Part shown: positions 8,522 to 15,951 of the stretch, in pieces
How positions within the stretch are numbered: position 1 is the first letter of the stretch
How the letters are laid out: each line of letters begins with the position of its first letter
Origin: Gemmatimonadales bacterium
GTDB taxonomy: Bacteria; Gemmatimonadota; Gemmatimonadetes; Gemmatimonadales; GWC2-71-9
Reading direction: 5' to 3'
DNA: 24,148 nucleotides
Assembly (NCBI GenBank): GCA_013816685.1
Contig: JACDDX010000002.1
Coordinates: 1 to 24,148 of the forward strand
Program-made: the position numbers and the translations under genes
The notes under the pieces: generated by a model
What the model saw: only the letters and a program-made list of their open reading frames with translations
Told to the model about the DNA's origin: nothing
Databases searched by the model: none

Positions 8522-10716
8522 GCCGTCCGCCGCGCCACACGCGACAGAATCGCGGCCAGCACTACGAAGGCGACTACGGCAGCGACGTCACTCGTGGCGA
8601 TGGCGCCGAGGGTTCGGTCGAGGCCCACCAGGTGCGCCAGATAATCGGCCGCGGGCACACCCGCTCCCTCGGCGCGCCCCGAAAGGGCGGCCGCCACCCC
8701 AGCCACCGCCACGCCGGCGAGCGCACCTCCCGCGATCAGCCCGCTGGCGAAGAGCACACCCGGGCCCGACTCGACCTCCGCCAGCGTCTGCTGCGTCCCT
8801 CGCACCCGTCGCTCGACCAGCCAGCGCACCACGCCTCCAGCGAACATGGCCGACGAGGTCGAGATCGGGAGATACACGCCGACCGCGATGGGCAGCGACT
8901 GCAATCCCATTAATTCGATCGAGACGGTGAGGAACACACCGAGCAGGACCAGCCCCCAGGGCAGCCGGCGGGTGAGGATTCCGTCGGTGACCAGTGCCAT
9001 GATCGTGGCCTTGGGCGAGTCCAGCTTGGTGACGGGCCGGCCGTTGAGTTCGCGCACCCGCCCGCCAATGCCCGGATCAACCAGATAGGCCACCTCGCGC
9101 GACCCCGGATCGAGCAGGTACTTGCCTGGCAGGATGCCGTCGGTCGGCACGTTGACCCGGACGACGTCCCAGTCACGACCGTCGTGGTGCATCCGCTCAC
9201 CCAGCGTGGTGACCGATCGGCCTTCCGAGCCCGGCGCCGCCGCTTGTAGTGTCACCCCCGGGTGCCGCTCGGGGATGATGTTGGTGTAGGTGTTGTTGAG
9301 GAGCGTGAGCGTCCAGCCGATCGCGAGGGCGGACGTGACCGCGCCCACCATGATCGCGAGCTGCTGCCGCCGTGGCGTCGCCCCCACCAGAAAGCCGGTC
9401 TTGAGGTCCTGGCTGGTGGCGCCGGCGTTGCCGGCCGCCACGGCGATGACCGCGGCGATCGAGATCGCCGCGACGCGGTGGTCCACACCGGTCCACCCGA
9501 TGATGAGGAAGATCGAGGTCGTGCCGATCAGCGCGGCGATCGTCATGCCCGAGATCGGATTGGCGCTGACTCCGATCTCGCCGGTGATCCGGGCCGACAC
9601 CACGACGAAGAAGAACCCGAACACCACGATCAGCACCGCGCCCAGGAGATTGACCCCGACCTGCGGCAGCACGGTGAGCAGGAGCGCCAGCGCGATCGCG
9701 CCCACGATCGTGACCCAGATCGGCAAGTCCACGTCGGTGCGAACCCGCGCCGCCGCGTCGCCCATCGATCCCTTGAGGTCCTGGAAACCCGACCGGAACG
9801 CGCCCACGATCGTCGGCAGCGCCCGGAGCAGCGCGATGATCCCGGCCGATGCGACCGCCCCGGCCCCGATGTAGAACACGAAATTCGCCCGGACCTCGCC
9901 CGGGCTCATGTCCGCAATCAACTTCGTCTCGGCGAAGATCGGCCTGGTGAGCCCGCTGCCGAAGAGCTTGATCGCCGGAATTAGCACCAGATAGGCGAGC
10001 GAGCCGCCGGCGAAGAGATATCCCGCGATCCGGGGCCCGATGATGTAGCCCACGCCCAGCAGCTCGGGCGACACTTCGGCGGAGATTGACGCTCCATTGT
10101 AACTCTGGAACAGCCGGGTGGGATATTCCTTCCAGGCCTTGAGGCCGGACATCAGAAACTTGTAGGCGAACGCGATGCCGAACGCCTGGAACAGGAGCCG
10201 AGCCTGGAGCCCTCCCCGTTCGCCGGCGACCAGGACCTCCGCGCAGGCGGTTCCCTCCGGATAGGTCAGTCGCCCGTGCTCCCTGACGATCAAGGCCCGC
10301 CGGAGCGGAATCATGAGGAGCACGCCGAGGAGCCCGCCCACCACGGCGATCACGGCGACCTTGCTGATGCTGAGGTCGTAGCCCATCAGCAGGATGGCGG
10401 GCAGCGTGAACACCATGCCCGCCGCGATCGACTCGCCCGCCGACCCCGTCGTCTGCACGATGTTGTTCTCGAGGATCGTGGACCGGCCCAGTGTGCGGAA
10501 AAAGGCCACGGAGAGCACGGCAATGGGGATCGACGCGGAGACCGTGAGGCCGATCTTGAGCGCGAGATACACGCTCGACGCGGCGAACACGATGCCGAGG
10601 ATCGCACCCAGCGCCAGTGCACGCAGGGTGAGCTCCGCCGGCGATTGGCCCGCGGGAACGAACGGCTCGAAACCGCCCGCGGGCGCGGTCGGTCGCTGGG
10701 GGGCAGTGGTTGCCAT
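8518..10716 (-). CDS. OPT-family oligopeptide transporter
   Basis: SIPIAV, ENNIVQT..SAGES, YPEGTACA, SANPISGMTI, QDLKTGFLVGATP motifs; many TM segments. Start at MATTAP. Confidence 0.95.
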   Translation of the reverse strand: MATTAPQRPTAPAGGFEPFVPAGQSPAELTLRALALGAILGIVFAASSVYLALKIGLTVSASIPIAVLSVAFFRTLGRSTILENNIVQTTGSAGESIAAGMVFTLPAILLMGYDLSISKVAVIAVVGGLLGVLLMIPLRRALIVREHGRLTYPEGTACAEVLVAGERGGLQARLLFQAFGIAFAYKFLMSGLKAWKEYPTRLFQSYNGASISAEVSPELLGVGYIIGPRIAGYLFAGGSLAYLVLIPAIKLFGSGLTRPIFAETKLIADMSPGEVRANFVFYIGAGAVASAGIIALLRALPTIVGAFRSGFQDLKGSMGDAAARVRTDVDLPIWVTIVGAIALALLLTVLPQVGVNLLGAVLIVVFGFFFVVVSARITGEIGVSANPISGMTIAALIGTTSIFLIIGWTGVDHRVAAISIAAVIAVAAGNAGATSQDLKTGFLVGATPRRQQLAIMVGAVTSALAIGWTLTLLNNTYTNIIPERHPGVTLQAAAPGSEGRSVTTLGERMHHDGRDWDVVRVNVPTDGILPGKYLLDPGSREVAYLVDPGIGGRVRELNGRPVTKLDSPKATIMALVTDGILTRRLPWGLVLLGVFLTVSIELMGLQSLPIAVGVYLPISTSSAMFAGGVVRWLVERRVRGTQQTLAEVESGPGVLFASGLIAGGALAGVAVAGVAAALSGRAEGAGVPAADYLAHLVGLDRTLGAIATSDVAAVVAFVVLAAILSRVARRTA

Positions 10717-10759
10717 GGGTCGTCCGGGGCGCGCGGGAGAGGGGGTCCAGGGATGGTGG

Positions 10760-10788
10760 AAAGTAGGCCCCGTCAGCCGTGGCGTCCA
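10760..10788 (-). promoter_or_regulatory. Putative sigma70-type promoter of the OPT operon
   Basis: Minus strand TGGACG-17 nt-TACTTT, about 44 nt upstream of the ATG. Confidence 0.5.
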
Positions 10789-10906
10789 GCAACCGAGCAT
10801 GCCCAGTCCTTTGGCGGAGGCGGCCTACGCACTGATTCGATCAGGACTCGCAACACGGCAAGCCCGCCTCCCGGCGGATTTTCCTTTTGCCGGGGCAGCA
10901 TGTCAG

Positions 10907-10922
10907 CGTGACTGCTGTCACG
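10907..10922. promoter_or_regulatory. CRP/FNR-family-like palindrome CGTGA-N6-TCACG
   Basis: CGTGA-CTGCTG-TCACG in the divergent OPT / lmo0937-like intergenic region; core and spacing match the CRP consensus TGTGA-N6-TCACA. Confidence 0.45.
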
Positions 10923-10947
10923 GCACTTACGCCGACGAGTCACCAGC

Positions 10948-10974
10948 TTGCCAGGGTTCCCGCTCCGCTAAGCT
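10948..10974 (+). promoter_or_regulatory. Possible promoter for the small membrane protein pair
   Basis: TTGCCA-15 nt-TAAGCT; the spacer is shorter than optimal. Confidence 0.3.
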
Positions 10975-11006
10975 TCCGCTCGATCCACCTCTGGGGAGGT
11001 TGGCTC

Positions 11007-11156
11007 ATGTTGTGGACGATCTGCGTAGCACTTCTGGTGCTTTGGCTTCTCGGTGTGGTGTCGGCCAATACCTTCGGTGGATTCATTCACATTCTGCTCG
11101 TGCTGGCTCTCGCGGTCGTGCTCATCCGCGTGATCCAGGGGAGGCGACCCGTATGA
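11007..11156 (+). CDS. lmo0937-family small membrane protein (49 aa)
   Basis: MLWTI...LLVLWLLG......GGFIHILLVLA...LIRVIQGRR fits the family pattern; GGGAGG SD upstream. Confidence 0.88.
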   Translation: MLWTICVALLVLWLLGVVSANTFGGFIHILLVLALAVVLIRVIQGRRPV

Positions 11157-11374
11157 AGCCCGCGGCCATCGTTGGGGTGCTGTTGATCATTCTGGGTGTT
11201 GTCTCACTTGCCTTCGGCGGCTTCTCCTTTAAACACAGGGAGAAAGTCGTTGACCTTGGGCCGATCCAGGCCAGCGCCGACAAGAAGGAAAAGGTCGCGC
11301 TGCCCCCGATCCTCGGTGGTCTTGCCATCGTCGGTGGCGTGGTGCTGCTGGTAGCTGGCTCGCGACGGGCCTAG
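11153..11374 (+). CDS. DUF3185-like small membrane protein (73 aa)
   Basis: Two hydrophobic helices flanking EKVVDLGPIQASA; ATGA overlap with the previous gene; lies at the 3' end of the ORF-track entry 10394..11374. Confidence 0.8.
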   Translation: MKPAAIVGVLLIILGVVSLAFGGFSFKHREKVVDLGPIQASADKKEKVALPPILGGLAIVGGVVLLVAGSRRA

Positions 11375-11394
11375 ATCTGAAATAGCACACATGA

Positions 11395-11424
11395 GAACGG
11401 CCCGGCAACGCTGCCGGGCCGTTC
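11395..11424. terminator. Hairpin between convergent genes, probable terminator
   Basis: Perfect 13-bp inverted repeat GAACGGCCCGGCA-ACGC-TGCCGGGCCGTTC; no clear U-tract. Confidence 0.65.
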
Positions 11425-11451
11425 GCGTATCGGCGTGATCCTCCGGATCGA

Positions 11452-12954
11452 TCAGCGGCTTTCGTCACCGCCGAGCTGCACCGGTGGGACCTCAGCGGTG
11501 GTATCGGCGGGGATGATCACCCCGTTGGCGCCGAGGGTGCGGAACAGATTCCACTGCGACTGACGGGCGGCCCAGGGACGGGGACCGTTATACATCAGCG
11601 AGATCAGCAGCGTGCCATCCGATTGACCCAAATACCCGACCACCGAGGAGACGCGGCCCAGCGTTCCGGTTTTCGCCCGCACCACGCCGGTGCCCGGAAA
11701 GCCGGTGTTCAATCGTCGGAGCGTGCCGGTGCCGTTGGCGGGAAGGAGTTGGGGAAAGTTGCGGCCGGCCGGGGTGCCCGGAAACTTCGCGAGATAGGCC
11801 ACGAACGCTTCGGGCGACACGCGGTCCTCGTAGGAGAGTCCGCTTCCATCGACCAGATAGACGCCGTTCTGGCGGCCGATGACCTGGCGCACGTGATCGG
11901 TAAGATGCTGGGCACCTTGGTCCCTCCCGCCCGCCCACTGGAGCAGAAGTTCGGCGCCGTAGTTCAGACTGCGGCGATTGATCTCACTGGCGAGCGAATC
12001 GAGCGGGGGCGAGGCAACCTCGGCAAGCACCCGGGGGCCGCCGACTGCCGGGGCTCGCCTCGGGCTGGCCGCGCTCCAGGTGATGCCGGCGCGCTGAAGT
12101 GCGGAAGCCCACACGGCGTTCAGGACCGCGCGAGGGTCGGACGACACCCCGGTCAGTGCCCGGGCGCCGCCGCGGACTCCGATCGTGCCGGACACGATGA
12201 AGACCCCGTTCGAGGTCTCCCGGAAACTCAGGTGGCTGCGGCGTCCAGACCGGGTGAGGGCGGTAACCTTGACCCTCGATGCCAGCCCCTGTGGGGCCGT
12301 GGAGACCAACAGTGCGCGCTGGCCCGATCGCGAGCCCGGCTGCACGGTGATCGAGATGACGTTTTCGTGCAGCGTGAGCGGGCCGACGAGCGGAGCGAAG
12401 AGCCGGCCATAGTGGCGCGGCGACCAGGCAGCCGGATAGACGGCGTTAGCGGGGCCGTCTGCGCTCTGAACCTGAAGCGGGCCGGTGATCTTCCGAACTC
12501 CGCTGCTCGCCAACTGCAAGGCCAGATCGTAGAAGGTTGGACCCTGACCTGCAGCCCGCTCCAGCGAGGGATCGCCATTGAGCTCCAGCGCCCAGGTGCC
12601 GACCCACTCCCCATTCTTCGGATTCAGCGAGCCGACGCCCACCACCCGGGTCGGACGGCGTGCCGTTCCACCAAGGACGCTTCTCGCGAACCCCGTCGTG
12701 AACAGCTTGACTGTCGAAGCCGGCATCAGGGGCTCTTCCGGATTCACGCTCCACAGCATCTTGCCCGACTGGTCCGCGACCGCTACGCCCCACTGACCCG
12801 GTGCATTCCGGCTGGCCGCCTCATACCACTCAGCCATTCGACCCGCCAGCCCTTGTGGCGTCGCCTGCGCATCCGCGATCAGCGGCGTTGCCGCCAGGAG
12901 TCCGCAGAGGGCCAAGGTTTTACCACATTGTAACTTGGATGACTGTAGGGGCAC
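11452..12954 (-). CDS. dacB: D-Ala-D-Ala carboxypeptidase/endopeptidase (PBP4, peptidase S13)
   Basis: SxxK (PASTVK), SxN (SLN), DGSGLS and KTG motifs; signal-like N-terminus. Exact start uncertain. Confidence 0.9.
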   Translation of the reverse strand: MPLQSSKLQCGKTLALCGLLAATPLIADAQATPQGLAGRMAEWYEAASRNAPGQWGVAVADQSGKMLWSVNPEEPLMPASTVKLFTTGFARSVLGGTARRPTRVVGVGSLNPKNGEWVGTWALELNGDPSLERAAGQGPTFYDLALQLASSGVRKITGPLQVQSADGPANAVYPAAWSPRHYGRLFAPLVGPLTLHENVISITVQPGSRSGQRALLVSTAPQGLASRVKVTALTRSGRRSHLSFRETSNGVFIVSGTIGVRGGARALTGVSSDPRAVLNAVWASALQRAGITWSAASPRRAPAVGGPRVLAEVASPPLDSLASEINRRSLNYGAELLLQWAGGRDQGAQHLTDHVRQVIGRQNGVYLVDGSGLSYEDRVSPEAFVAYLAKFPGTPAGRNFPQLLPANGTGTLRRLNTGFPGTGVVRAKTGTLGRVSSVVGYLGQSDGTLLISLMYNGPRPWAARQSQWNLFRTLGANGVIIPADTTAEVPPVQLGGDESR

Positions 12955-13130
12955 AGAGGTCTCGAATCAGTAGAGGAGGTGCTGAACTCTTGCTGCAATA
13001 TCGATGAGGGCGCAACGGTCCGTTGATCCTAAATTACTGCCTGCAGCCATTTTATATGGAATCGGCGGAATTCGGGACTCGGTAAGTGGCGACAGGAGCG
13101 GGCCCTTGAAGCAAGAGCCGCGCCTTGTAC

Positions 13131-13146
13131 GGTGACAATCATCACA
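13131..13146. promoter_or_regulatory. CRP-like palindrome GGTGA-N6-TCACA
   Basis: GGTGA-CAATCA-TCACA is a 9/10 match to TGTGA-N6-TCACA, in the divergent dacB / lipoprotein region. Confidence 0.5.
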
Positions 13147-13273
13147 GCTGCCCAGTGCCCGTCCGGCCAGATTGGCAACTGTATCGGAGGTGTGAGCGCG
13201 GCGGGGAATTGGAATCGACTAAATGGAAGCCAGAAAGACGTTTGAACATCCTCGAGCCCACGGACGAGGGTAC

Positions 13274-13780
13274 ATGAGAGCCACACTCCGCGCACGAATC
13301 GCAACTGCTGGCGTGTTCATTGTCGCCATTGCGTGCAGCAGCAATTCGGCACGCACCGACGAAGCCGGCGCTGCCCCGCGCGACAGCACGGGCCTCGAGA
13401 CCGCCGCAACGTCGAGCCACCCGTCGGGTTACAGCGGGATGGAAAGGGACACGACCGGCGGCACGGTTCAGCAGACGCCGGTGGACACCTTTCTCCAGCA
13501 GCAGGGAACCAACCCTGCGGCTGATACCGCTGGGTACTCGGGTATCGAGCGAAATGACACCTCGGCTGGGTCCGCAGAGCCCGGCAACGTGCAAGGTCAT
13601 GGGCAGAACCCCGCTCCCGCGCAGACACAGCCCGCACCGGCCGACTCGACCGTACTGCCGAGTGACTCGGGCGCCCTCCCCGGTGGCATTAACGACTCGA
13701 CTGGTGCAGATTCGACCGGAACCGGCACCATTGACAGCACCTCGACCGGGACGAACAACAGCACCTCGCAGCAGCGCTAG
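13274..13780 (+). CDS. Low-complexity Ser/Thr/Gly/Asp-rich lipoprotein (168 aa)
   Basis: GAGGG SD; basic N-region, hydrophobic core, lipobox-like AIA-C at Cys21; disordered-looking mature part. Confidence 0.8.
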   Translation: MRATLRARIATAGVFIVAIACSSNSARTDEAGAAPRDSTGLETAATSSHPSGYSGMERDTTGGTVQQTPVDTFLQQQGTNPAADTAGYSGIERNDTSAGSAEPGNVQGHGQNPAPAQTQPAPADSTVLPSDSGALPGGINDSTGADSTGTGTIDSTSTGTNNSTSQQR

Positions 13781-13798
13781 CCGTCCTCGGAGTTCACC

Positions 13799-14749
13799 GT
13801 GCCTCGGTCACGTCGGATATGCGGGCTCGCGCTATCGTGCATAGCTACGTTCCTCGTTCGGAGCGTGGCCGCTCAGGACAGCGCCGCCGCAGTGGGCTCG
13901 CGATTTGAGTCGACGAGGGGTGCCGCGTCGGCGTCGGCGGACAGCGGCGGCACACGACCACCCGGCGACCTTGATTCCACGACTTCCGGCTACGCTCCGA
14001 ATACTGGGCGGTTCAGCGATTCCGTCCCGGTCGATTCGGCTCAGGTCCCGTCCGGGACAGACACGATCTCGGTTGACAGCGTGCTGAACGACACGCTTAC
14101 GCGCCGCGCGACCGCGCCGGATAGGCTGCGTGACGACAGCCTTGGTCGGGAAAGCGCCGCCCGCGGTGACAGCGCCCGCGGCGACAGCGCCCGCGGCGGT
14201 TCGGGGTCGAAGAGCACGCCGGTCAGCGACACCAGCCTTACAGCGCGCATGGATGCCCGACGAGGTGGGGGCCTGCACAGAAGTGAGTTCCCCGACCTTC
14301 TGACGTCCGCACGGATGGTGGGCGGCTTCAAGCATTTTCTGCAACTCGTCGGGGCTGCAGGCTGGGCCTCGCGCCTTACCGGGTCAGGCGAGTACACTCT
14401 GCTGGCTCCGGTCGACGGCGGCTTTCGTGAGGTCACGGCCGAGCGGCTCGACTCCCTGCGAGCCGATACCACCCGCGCTTCAGTCTGGCTTCGGGCGCAT
14501 CTGATCGAGGGAGATCACTCGCTCGCCGATCTCCTCCGTGGCGGCAGCGTTCGCACTCTGGACGGAAGTTCGCGCCCGGTCACGCGGGACGCGAAGGGGG
14601 TGTACCATATCGCGGGGGCCATGGTCGTAGCAGGCGAGCTCTCGGCCCGCAACGGCATGGTCATCGGTATGGACCGGGCGTTACCGGTGATGCCGGAGGC
14701 CGGCACGGCAGGTGCTCCCGCGCGCGAGCGTGCTTCGCCCGAACGGTAG
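13799..14749 (+). CDS. Exported fasciclin (FAS1) domain protein with a long low-complexity linker
   Basis: Signal peptide ending VAAQ; FAS1 motifs GEYTLLAPVDGGF, LRAHLIEG, V+TLDG, ARNGMVIGMDRAL. Confidence 0.82.
   Translation: MPRSRRICGLALSCIATFLVRSVAAQDSAAAVGSRFESTRGAASASADSGGTRPPGDLDSTTSGYAPNTGRFSDSVPVDSAQVPSGTDTISVDSVLNDTLTRRATAPDRLRDDSLGRESAARGDSARGDSARGGSGSKSTPVSDTSLTARMDARRGGGLHRSEFPDLLTSARMVGGFKHFLQLVGAAGWASRLTGSGEYTLLAPVDGGFREVTAERLDSLRADTTRASVWLRAHLIEGDHSLADLLRGGSVRTLDGSSRPVTRDAKGVYHIAGAMVVAGELSARNGMVIGMDRALPVMPEAGTAGAPARERASPER
14159..14198 (+). repeat. 15-bp tandem repeat (about 2.6 copies) encoding ARGDS-ARGDS-ARG
   Basis: GCCCGCGGYGACAGC unit repeated in frame in the fasciclin linker. 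Confidence 0.85.
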
Positions 14750-14761
14750 TGTGGCCGGGCA

Positions 14762-15922
14762 CTATTTCATCATGCCCTTTGCGATAGTCTGAAGCTGCAT
14801 GTTGCTGGTCCCCTCGTAGATCGTACCGATCTTCGCGTCGCGATAATACTTCTCGGCGGGATACTCCTTTGAGTATCCATACCCGCCGAAGAGCTCGAGG
14901 CACTGGCTGGTGATGCGGTCGGCCGTTTGCGAGCTGCAGAGCTTCGCCATGGCTGCCTGCTGCTGGAAAGCTTGCCCCGCGTCCTTCATGCGCGCCGCGT
15001 TGTACACCATCAGCCGCGCTGCCTCGAGATCGGTGGCCATCTGGGCGAGCTGGAACTGGACGCCCTGGAAATCCGCGATCGCCTTCCCGAACTGCCGCCG
15101 TTCGCGCGTGTACTGCAGGGCCGCCTGGAGCGCGCCGGCGGCGACACCGATCATCTGGGCGCCGATACCGATCCGGCCCTCGTTCAACGTCTCGATGGCG
15201 ATCTTGTAACCCTGCCCCACCGGACCGAGCACGTTCTCGTCGGGCACTCGACAGGCTTCCAGAATCAGCTCCGTCGTGCTCGACGCGCGGATACCGAGCT
15301 TGTTCTCCTTCTTGCCCACCGAAAACCCCGGGAGTTCACGTTCCACGAGGAACGCGGTGATACCCTTGTAAGCCTTCGAGAAGTCGGTATTGGCGAAGAC
15401 GATAAACAGCCCGGCTTCGGCGCCGTTGGTGATCCAGAACTTGCGCCCGGTGAGCGACCAGCCGCCCTCGACGCGATCAGCCCTGGTCTCGAGCGCGAAG
15501 GCGTCGCTGCCGCTCGCCGGCTCCGACAGCGCGAACGCGCCGAGCAGGTCGACCGTGAGTCGCGGAAAATATCGCGAATGCTGTTCGGTGGAGGCCCAGC
15601 GGCGAACGGCGTTGTTCACGAGCGTGTTGTGCACGTCCACGTAGATCGCCGCAGAGGCATCCACCCGCGCCAGCTCTTCGATGGCGAGTGTCGCCATGAA
15701 GATGCTGCCCCCAGCTCCGCCGAACTGCTCCGGCACCTCGATGCCCATGAGGCCGAGTTCGAAGAACGACGCGATCAGCTCGGGACGGAACCGCGCCGCC
15801 TCGTCCATCTCGCTGACGTATGGTCGCACCGACGATTCCGCGAACTCGCGGACGGCGTCGCGGAACATGGTCTCTTCATCGGAGAGGGTGGTGAGCGGCT
15901 GCGCGAGAGCGAGGTCCTGCAT
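14762..15922 (-). CDS. Acyl-CoA dehydrogenase (short/branched-chain-like)
   Basis: FALSEPASGSDA, GRKFWITNG, KLGIRAS, LNEGRIGI, RRQFG, FGGYGY, IYEGTSN. Confidence 0.95.
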   Translation of the reverse strand: MQDLALAQPLTTLSDEETMFRDAVREFAESSVRPYVSEMDEAARFRPELIASFFELGLMGIEVPEQFGGAGGSIFMATLAIEELARVDASAAIYVDVHNTLVNNAVRRWASTEQHSRYFPRLTVDLLGAFALSEPASGSDAFALETRADRVEGGWSLTGRKFWITNGAEAGLFIVFANTDFSKAYKGITAFLVERELPGFSVGKKENKLGIRASSTTELILEACRVPDENVLGPVGQGYKIAIETLNEGRIGIGAQMIGVAAGALQAALQYTRERRQFGKAIADFQGVQFQLAQMATDLEAARLMVYNAARMKDAGQAFQQQAAMAKLCSSQTADRITSQCLELFGGYGYSKEYPAEKYYRDAKIGTIYEGTSNMQLQTIAKGMMK

Positions 15923-15951
15923 GATGGCGTCCCAGCGGTGTGGGTCGGGTG

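Noticed and set aside
9197-10792. 531-aa alternative-frame ORF within OPT
   Set aside because: Arg/Gly-rich off-frame translation of the OPT gene.
10788-10805. Sigma54-like TGGGCATGCTCGGTTGCT on the minus strand
   Set aside because: GG-to-GC spacing is 11 nt rather than the strict 10.
10832-10844. FNR-like CTGAT-TCG-ATCAG
   Set aside because: Spacer is 3 nt (FNR needs 4) and the outer bases mismatch.
13146-13210. GCAACTGTA and GGGGAA resembling cobalamin riboswitch elements
   Set aside because: Elements are in the wrong order, the CCCCGC context and P4-P6 stems are missing, and the downstream genes are unrelated to B12.
14747-14764. TAGTG/CACTA inverted repeat formed by two convergent stop codons
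   Set aside because: Only 5 bp, with no U-tract; too weak to call a terminator.
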